A stretch of DNA of 64,000 nucleotides from Candidatus Moraniibacteriota bacterium (GTDB lineage Bacteria > Patescibacteriota > Minisyncoccia > Moranbacterales > UBA1568): the NCBI GenBank assembly GCA_013334575.1, contig JAAXXG010000002.1, positions 5,377 through 69,376 of the forward strand, read 5' to 3'. The notes beneath the pieces are model-generated. The model saw nothing but the letters and a program-made list of their open reading frames with translations, did not search any database and was not told the DNA's origin. Shown here in pieces: positions 57,523-64,000 of this stretch (position 1 is its first letter; each line of letters starts with the position of its first letter). The translations under genes and the position numbers were made by a program.

Positions 57523-59982
57523 TCAGAGATCCGATTCCGCGACGGTCAGCCGCCCTCCCTCGGCCACCTCGCCTGAAATGACCTTTCGGACGACCACATC
57601 CTCGATATGATCTTCGATGTACCGGTTCAGGGAACGGGCTCCGAATACGCGCTCGTACCCTTCGCGGACGATCGCCGCAGGAACACCCTCACCGAACGAG
57701 ACCGAGATGTTCTTCTGCTTCTTTACCCGATCCGAGAGCTGTGCGAGCTTGATGGAGACCACCTGTGCCAGTTCCGGTTCCGAAAGCGGCGAGAAGAAGA
57801 TGAGGCCGTCGAAACGGTTCATGAACTCCATGCGGAACGTGCCGTTCTTGGCGATATCGGCGATGACCTCGTCGCGAGCCTGCTCCGCGGTCTTCCCGTG
57901 CCCCAGAAGCTCCTCGATAAGGAGTGAGCTGGCGTTCGACGTGGCGATGATGATGGACTTCCGGAAGTTGACCTTCCGGTCGAAGCCGTCGGTTACGAAT
58001 CCCTCGTCAAGAACCTGCAGGAACAGGTCGAGCACCTTCGGATACGCCTTTTCGATCTCGTCGAGCAGAACGACCGAGAACGGATGCTCCTTCATGATAC
58101 CGGAAAGCCTTCCCTCGTCGCCCGATACGCTCGAGCCGATGAGCCGTTCCACGGAATCAGGCGTCTGATATTCGCTCATGTCGAACCGGACCATTCGTTC
58201 CTCGTCACCGAAATACGCCTCGGCGAGCGCCTTCGCCGTCTCGGTCTTGCCGACGCCGGTCGGTCCGAGAAACAGGAACGACCCGAGCGGACGCTTCGGG
58301 TTCCCGAAGCCTGCGCGCGCGCGACGAAGCGCCTCCGCGACCTGGCGCACCGCATCCCCCTGTCCCACGACACGATGATGCAGAATGTCCTCAAGCAGCA
58401 GTAGCCGCTGTTTCTCGTCCTCACCGAGCGCTCCGACCGGAACACCGGTCTTCATCGAGACGAACGCGGAAACCGTCTCCGGAGTGATGAAGGGTCCCTC
58501 CGGCTCAGACTGCCAATGAAGCGCCGTCTCCTGCATGAGGTCTATCGCCTTTTCCGGATATGGCGTATCCCATTCGTACTGTCCGGAAAGCTCGACGATC
58601 GACTGAAGCGCCTTCCAGGTGAACAGCGGCCGGATATGTTCGGTCGGAACCAGGATATTGAGCAGGATGCGCAGCGTATTTCCCGCATCAGGCTCCCGGA
58701 CATAGACCGAGTCGAAGAACTTGAGCGTCTGCTCGTCGCGATGCGCGAGCGCGTTGTAGCGGGCATTGCCGATAGTTCCGATCACCTGGAAAGTCGGAAG
58801 CGCGAGAAATTCCGCGAAGACCGGAGCGAGGTTCGGCCGGCCGGACTCGGCACCGAGAAAAGCGTCGATATTCTCGATGATCAGAACGACGTTCCCGGCG
58901 TTGGCCGCCTCGTAGAAAAGGGACCGGACGGCGTTGTCGAGATCGGTGCCACGATTCACCGCATCACCGACGGCCATGCCGAGATCGAGAAGCAGGAACC
59001 GCAGGTGCCCGAATTCCGGCAGATCGCCCTCCCGCACCTTCCGGGCAAGCGCGTGTACGAACGTCTTCTTGCCGACACCGGCATCGCCGATCAGAAGAAA
59101 GCTGTTCTGCCCGGGGCGGCGCATGACGAGCGTCGCGAGCCGAAATTCGTCATCGCGACCGAACAGGTGCGCCTTGGCATACTCCGAATAGTCCCCCTTG
59201 GAAAGGTCGACGGAGTATCGATCGAGGTGTACCGTGAATCCGTACTGCCATCCGCGGCCTATCGGGACGGTCTTCCGGAGATTCTCCCACAAAAGCTTCT
59301 GAGACTCCTTGGCGCGCAGTTCCGCCGCCAGCGTCTCGTATGCGACGATCTCGTCGAACGTCTCGCGCGGAAGGTTGAGTTCGGACAGCTTCCGTTCGAG
59401 CGCCTCGTCGGATTCCCATTCATCGACACGGAAGTCCTCGCGACGGATTCCGAGACGGGCCAGGATCCGCGGGAACCATTCGGCTCCGAACAGCTCCCGC
59501 CTCGTACGCGGGAGCGAAACCTCGTGCCCACCGAACAGCGCCACGAAAACCGGAAAGACGATCGAGGGGACGGACACGAGGACAAGAACGGCTTCCACGG
59601 GACCGAGACTTCCCGTCAGGAACAGTTTTCCGGAGAGAAAGACGAACATCGGGACACCGACGAACCAGCCGGGCACCGCGAGCGCGCCGACGACGGTCGC
59701 GACCGAGAGGACGACAAGGCCCAAAGCCAGCACGAGAGAACGGACGATGAATCCCATCATCCGCGAAAAGACGTTCATAAGAAGCCGGTTCGCCTCCTTC
59801 CCGGGAGAAAAACCCAGCCAGTCTTTCGGAGAGACGTCACGCTTCCACGGCGACAGAAGCGTCAATGAAAGTTCGGCGAAATTGAATCGCCGCACGAGAT
59901 ATCGGAGCAGGTTTCTCCATGCAGAAACGAGAAGCCTGGGGCCTCTCGCGAGATACCATGAAAGAAACGTGAACGGAAACAT
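57523..59982 (-). CDS. ClpA/ClpB/ClpC-family double-AAA+ ATPase with an N-terminal transmembrane region in place of a Clp-N domain
   Basis: D1 Walker A is GDAGVGKKT and D2 Walker A is GPTGVGKTE, with sensor motifs. The first about 160 aa contain 3-4 hydrophobic helices. Confidence 0.75.
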   Translation of the reverse strand: MFPFTFLSWYLARGPRLLVSAWRNLLRYLVRRFNFAELSLTLLSPWKRDVSPKDWLGFSPGKEANRLLMNVFSRMMGFIVRSLVLALGLVVLSVATVVGALAVPGWFVGVPMFVFLSGKLFLTGSLGPVEAVLVLVSVPSIVFPVFVALFGGHEVSLPRTRRELFGAEWFPRILARLGIRREDFRVDEWESDEALERKLSELNLPRETFDEIVAYETLAAELRAKESQKLLWENLRKTVPIGRGWQYGFTVHLDRYSVDLSKGDYSEYAKAHLFGRDDEFRLATLVMRRPGQNSFLLIGDAGVGKKTFVHALARKVREGDLPEFGHLRFLLLDLGMAVGDAVNRGTDLDNAVRSLFYEAANAGNVVLIIENIDAFLGAESGRPNLAPVFAEFLALPTFQVIGTIGNARYNALAHRDEQTLKFFDSVYVREPDAGNTLRILLNILVPTEHIRPLFTWKALQSIVELSGQYEWDTPYPEKAIDLMQETALHWQSEPEGPFITPETVSAFVSMKTGVPVGALGEDEKQRLLLLEDILHHRVVGQGDAVRQVAEALRRARAGFGNPKRPLGSFLFLGPTGVGKTETAKALAEAYFGDEERMVRFDMSEYQTPDSVERLIGSSVSGDEGRLSGIMKEHPFSVVLLDEIEKAYPKVLDLFLQVLDEGFVTDGFDRKVNFRKSIIIATSNASSLLIEELLGHGKTAEQARDEVIADIAKNGTFRMEFMNRFDGLIFFSPLSEPELAQVVSIKLAQLSDRVKKQKNISVSFGEGVPAAIVREGYERVFGARSLNRYIEDHIEDVVVRKVISGEVAEGGRLTVAESDL

Positions 59983-60052
59983 CCCTCGTCGTTCTGATTC
60001 TGATCGTCGGACGGACTAAACGCCTTTTCAGTGTACCTTCGAGCGGCCCCTT

Positions 60053-61867
60053 TTGCAAATTGAAGCGCAGCGCCTTTTCAGGTATACTGAAGCCGTGAAA
60101 ACCGCAGAAACCGCAAGCGATCAACCTTCCCGGCGCTTCCTCTCGTTCGCGCTCGGAGTCATCATATTTTCCTGGTCCGCCTACGCGCTCGCGACGGCGG
60201 GCCTGTTCGCGCGACCTGTCGTACTGGCGGTATTCGGAGTCTTCTCCATCATCTCGTCCGTCCTCCTTATCAGGTTCCTCCTTGCCGCATCCGGAACCGC
60301 GCGACTCGCGACAGCGGCCATCATCGTCTTCATTGCGGGTCTCCTCATCGGAACCGCGCCCACGATCTTCTCCGGACGCGACCAGGGATCCATCGCCGAT
60401 GCCGCGGCCGAACTGTCGACGACCGGCTCCTCCACCTTCTCGGATTCCGCCGTCGACACCTTCTTCGAAATCTACGGCCCCGGACGTGCGCTGAATTTCC
60501 CCGGCTTCTTCTATGGGGAAGACGGATTCCTCCGGTCCCAGTTCCCGGAATCGTACATCTCATGGCTTGCCGCGTTCCATTCGGTATTCGGCATCGAGGG
60601 ATTCGTGATCGGGAACGGATTCCTGTTCTTCCTTACCCTGCTTTCGATCTTCATGCTCGTCAGGGAGCTGTCCGATGACCGATCCGCCGTTCTGGCCGTC
60701 ATCCTTTCGGGCGGCTCGTTCCTCCTGCCCTGGTTCGTGAAATCCACCCTCTCCGAAAACCTCGGGGCCTTCCTTTTCATTTTCCTTTCTTTCTCTCTCG
60801 TCGGTTTCTTACGACGCCCCGGCACGACGGGCTTTGTCGCCGTCGTCCTGACGGCGACACTGCTCGCGCTGACCCGCATCGAGGGATTCGCGATACTCGC
60901 CATAGCGTTCGGACTCCTGTACCTGCCCGTTCCGTCGCGACGTTTCCTTGATTCGCACGGACCGCTTTTCCGGATCGCTCCTTTCGTCTTCTCGGCATCC
61001 GCAGCCCTTTCCGATTTCTTACCGAACATCTCCCGGTACGCACTCATCGGAAAGGCGTTTCTCCACGATGTCTCCGCCGGCGAGAATCTCCCCGTCTCGA
61101 CGGTCCTCGCCGACAAGACCGGGACCGCGCTCGAGCTCTGGCGACTCCTTCACTCCTACGGGCTCTTCCCGATCGCGATCCTCGGCTTCGCGGGTATCGC
61201 GGTCCTCATCCTCCGCCGGAACCGTACCGCCCTCGTCCCCGCACTTCTGGCCGCCCCGACATTTCTCTACCTTCTCGACCCGAATATCACCGGAGATCAC
61301 CCGTGGATGCTTCGCCGTCTCGCATTCTCCGTCTGGCCAGCGCTCATCGTATCCGCGACGGTCGCACTCCGCGAAATCATACCGGACCGGCCGACGACAA
61401 GGTTTCTTCCCTCGGCGGCCGTCGCATGCCTGCTGTTCTTCTCGCTTCCTCCGACGCTCCGCACATTCGCCTTTTCGGAAAACCGCGACCTGCTCGCCGA
61501 AACCGCCCGACTCGCGGAATCGGTCGGAAGCGAAGACCTCGTTCTCGTCGATCGGGAGGCTACCGGAGACCCGTTCGCGATTCCTTCGGGACCGCTCCGA
61601 TTCCTGTTCGGAAAAAAGGCGGCCTACTGCTTCAATCCCGACGATATCGCGAAGATTCCTTCCGGCCGCTACCGTCACCTGTATCTCCTCGTAACGGAAG
61701 ATTCCCTCGGTCGATGGTCCGAGGTCATCCGAAACGCCGCCCCCGTCGCCACGTTCCGATTCCACACCGAGCGTCTCGGTCCCTCCCCGCTTTCCGATCC
61801 CGCATTTCCAGAAATTTCCGAACGGACCGTCGAGTCGACCCTCATCCGTATCGATCCGACCATATGA
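60053..61867 (+). CDS. GT-C-fold membrane glycosyltransferase (ArnT/PMT-like, about 13 TM)
   Basis: The ORF is polytopic, with large loops resembling the 4-amino-arabinose/mannosyl-transferase family. The start is TTG 60053 or GTG 60095. Confidence 0.55.
   Translation: MQIEAQRLFRYTEAVKTAETASDQPSRRFLSFALGVIIFSWSAYALATAGLFARPVVLAVFGVFSIISSVLLIRFLLAASGTARLATAAIIVFIAGLLIGTAPTIFSGRDQGSIADAAAELSTTGSSTFSDSAVDTFFEIYGPGRALNFPGFFYGEDGFLRSQFPESYISWLAAFHSVFGIEGFVIGNGFLFFLTLLSIFMLVRELSDDRSAVLAVILSGGSFLLPWFVKSTLSENLGAFLFIFLSFSLVGFLRRPGTTGFVAVVLTATLLALTRIEGFAILAIAFGLLYLPVPSRRFLDSHGPLFRIAPFVFSASAALSDFLPNISRYALIGKAFLHDVSAGENLPVSTVLADKTGTALELWRLLHSYGLFPIAILGFAGIAVLILRRNRTALVPALLAAPTFLYLLDPNITGDHPWMLRRLAFSVWPALIVSATVALREIIPDRPTTRFLPSAAVACLLFFSLPPTLRTFAFSENRDLLAETARLAESVGSEDLVLVDREATGDPFAIPSGPLRFLFGKKAAYCFNPDDIAKIPSGRYRHLYLLVTEDSLGRWSEVIRNAAPVATFRFHTERLGPSPLSDPAFPEISERTVESTLIRIDPTI
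60060..60088 (+). promoter_or_regulatory. Putative promoter TTGAAG-17-TATACT
   Basis: Read directly. A GTG at 60095 would give a near-leaderless start. Confidence 0.3.
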
Positions 61868-63030
61868 TCCTCTTTCATCCCGAAAATCTGATACCGGCAC
61901 ACAATCGGTCCTCCTACCGGATTCTCCGCGCAATCATGTTCGCGATTTTCGCGGCGTCAGCCGCCGTCTTCGCCTATCGGACACTCTTTCCGACTCAGCC
62001 GTTCTCGTTCTCGTTCCGAAACCCCGATACGTCCGAGAACACCCTCGAAGATCCCGTCGACGGCACGGGAAAGACGGTGCGACACGGACGCATTCCGGTC
62101 GGCGGCACCGTTACGACCTATGCCGGTACGGTCGGCACCTTCTCGAACGCGAGCGTACGCATCGTGCTCGATACCGATTCGACGGTACCGAAATCCGGAT
62201 TGAAAGTCGCAATCCGGAAGTCCTATCGTTCGTTCTACTACCCCGAAGGAGAACCCCTCTCGACACAACCGCAGAAACGCGTCATCACCGCCGGAGGAAA
62301 ACCGTACCTCTTCTCGACGGACGCCCTGTATCCATTCGTCAGCGACCGCGCCGCGCTTTCATGGAGCCCGAAAGAACGGATTCTCGCCGGCACACCCGAA
62401 CTGCTCTCGATCTTTCCGCCACGCGAAGAAGAACGGGTCGGATTCCGACCCGGAACGCTCGTCTCCGACGCGCAGGGAGTCTATGCGATCGACGGCGACG
62501 AAAAGGCGCATCCGATCGGCAATACCGAGGTATTTTCTGCCCTCGGCTTCCATTGGGACGATGTCATCAAGGCGGACGAGGAAGAGCTGGGATTCCATAA
62601 GCGCGGCCGCATTCTCCTCTTCGACGGCGCCCAGCCGGACGGAACGCTCTTTCGCGATACGGTTTCCGGATCGTATTCCGTCGTTTCCGACGGCAGGCGG
62701 CTCCCGATATCCGATCGCGATTCACTCGAGCGGCTCCTCGGCGTGACGACACCCATCGACGCCTCTTCCGACTCGCTCTTGACCGCGGCATCCTGCGAAC
62801 TCCGCCGCACACCGCTTTCCTTCCTTCATCCGACATACCGATGCGACATCCCTCTCGGCCCGCTCTCGACGTTCCCGGGCGACAGTTTTTCGATATCTCT
62901 CACATCGGATGAGACGATCCACGCCGCGGATTTTTCCGTAACGCTCGAAACGAAGCCGGACCGGTCGAACTTCTCGCTTTTCCTCGCCCGGATACGGGAA
63001 CGTTTCTCGGCCACTTACGGATCCCGATAA
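61864..63030 (+). CDS. Hypothetical exported protein (388 aa) with an N-terminal anchor
   Basis: ATGA overlaps the upstream stop, suggesting translational coupling. There is an N-terminal TM. Confidence 0.45.
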   Translation: MILFHPENLIPAHNRSSYRILRAIMFAIFAASAAVFAYRTLFPTQPFSFSFRNPDTSENTLEDPVDGTGKTVRHGRIPVGGTVTTYAGTVGTFSNASVRIVLDTDSTVPKSGLKVAIRKSYRSFYYPEGEPLSTQPQKRVITAGGKPYLFSTDALYPFVSDRAALSWSPKERILAGTPELLSIFPPREEERVGFRPGTLVSDAQGVYAIDGDEKAHPIGNTEVFSALGFHWDDVIKADEEELGFHKRGRILLFDGAQPDGTLFRDTVSGSYSVVSDGRRLPISDRDSLERLLGVTTPIDASSDSLLTAASCELRRTPLSFLHPTYRCDIPLGPLSTFPGDSFSISLTSDETIHAADFSVTLETKPDRSNFSLFLARIRERFSATYGSR

Positions 63031-63040
63031 TCATCCTGAT

Positions 63041-63535
63041 ATGAAAAGACCGACCATCGGCCGAACGAGACCCTCTTCAAGACATGCCTTCCGGTCAATG
63101 ACGAACCGGCTCTTCGCAGTCGTCAAGGCGATACGAAAACTGACCCTGCCGACCGATCCGATGTCGTTCGTCATGTATGCGATCCTGGCGGAAGCATGCG
63201 AACTCGGACTCCTCGCCTTCGCCGCCATGCTCACTGTCGAGGCGGTCCTGCCGGGAATGATCACGCTCCGCATCAATCTCGCACCGGTGTTCCTCGTGCT
63301 CCTGCTTCTCATCCTCGCGACGGCAGCACTTGGAAAATCGCTCGGGATTTCCTTCCCCTTCGCCCCCGACAAACGCAGTCCGCTCACCTGGATCGGCATC
63401 TCGTGGCTTGCGTTCCTCCTCACGCTCTCGTCCATCCGGTTCCCTTTCTGGTCCGTCCCACTCATCGTCGGCGGCACGTTCGTCGTCGCCCACCTGTTCT
63501 GGAAGATCCTGTTCCGAAACGAACCGCGGACCTGA
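63041..63535 (+). CDS. Hypothetical membrane protein (4 TM)
   Basis: The ORF begins MKRPTIGRTRP... and has hydrophobic helices. Confidence 0.45.
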   Translation: MKRPTIGRTRPSSRHAFRSMTNRLFAVVKAIRKLTLPTDPMSFVMYAILAEACELGLLAFAAMLTVEAVLPGMITLRINLAPVFLVLLLLILATAALGKSLGISFPFAPDKRSPLTWIGISWLAFLLTLSSIRFPFWSVPLIVGGTFVVAHLFWKILFRNEPRT

Positions 63536-63558
63536 TCGCCCGCCTCATCGACACCGTA

Positions 63559-64000
63559 TGAACGTCATCCTCGGCTATCTCTTCTTTTTCATCGCGGCAA
63601 GCGCCTCCCCGCTGCAGCGTCGGTGGCTCGCCTCAGCGAAAAACCACGAGAACAAAGGGCAGGTCCGCTTCGCCTTCCAGGTGATGACGATCGTGTCCGT
63701 ACTCGGCCTCCTGATCCCCTTCTTTCAGCCGGCACATATCGAAGGCTCTCCGTTGTCCCTGATCGGACTTTCGGTGTGTGCAGGCATCTTCGGGGCCGGC
63801 TTTTTCATATCCTCCTTCGTCGCCCAGAAACACGTCGACGCCGGCGTCACAAGCCTGATAAGCAATCTGTATACGCCGGTGACGATCATCCTCGCCTCCC
63901 TGCTCCTAGGCGAAGGCCTCATGCCGATGCAGGCATTCGGAACGATGCTCCTGCTTGCCGGCGTTCTCATCGTATCGAAAAAGCACCGTACCGGACGGTT
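63559..64000 (+). CDS. EamA/DMT-family transporter, N-terminal part (runs off the window end)
   Basis: MNVILGYLFFFIAASASPLQRRW... is hydrophobic with EamA-like periodicity. Confidence 0.45.

Overview
This is a GC-rich bacterial chromosomal segment. Up to about 60 kb almost every gene is on the minus strand, and the last 4 kb switches to the plus strand. I ran no homology searches, so every call rests on reading the translations for motifs and on sequence signals I can see directly. Off-by-a-few-nucleotide errors are possible for the small non-coding features.

Content in order:
- Housekeeping and envelope genes: mreB N-terminal fragment, aspS, a histidine kinase with a twin-receiver response regulator, a PurD-like ATP-grasp ligase, a GT4 glycosyltransferase, tRNA-Gln(CUG), prfB (with its programmed +1 frameshift)-ftsE-ftsX, tRNA-Thr(CGU), DsbA-like thioredoxins, pheS-pheT, a HAD hydrolase, zur-znuA-znuC-znuB with a candidate Zur box, engB, and DUF975, CYTH, TPM and Nudix/HD genes.
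- A roughly 6 kb lower-GC island at about 34.2-40.4 kb. It carries PRTase, Fic, a second Nudix, a YjjX-like ITPase, a P-loop protein and an HNH-like protein. Two families of short repeats punctuate it.
- hrcA-(Nudix-GrpE)-csaA-dnaK with two perfect CIRCE operators.
- dapD, yidD, corA.
- A surface-polysaccharide-type cluster: ABC-2 permease, epimerase, two GT4 and one GT-C.
- A ClpA/B-like AAA+ ATPase with an N-terminal membrane anchor.

The most unusual signal is in the low-GC island. A conserved 70-85 nt element encoding a 23-aa peptide (MNV[EG]K[FL]SDTKMLDF[AT]LW[SF]LG...) lies 5' of each of five small genes (HD, Fic, Nudix, ITPase, a hypothetical). A second GGTACCTGAC...TTTTCTGGCTC repeat lies 3' of three genes, once as an inverted pair. 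This resembles a cassette array or a shared leader regulon. No integrase is in the window.

Other points worth a second look are a Nudix-GrpE fusion, a strongly expressed-looking orphan cysteine-rich small ORF, dRS3-like inverted repeats in the heat-shock operon, and a duplicated yidD 3' fragment.
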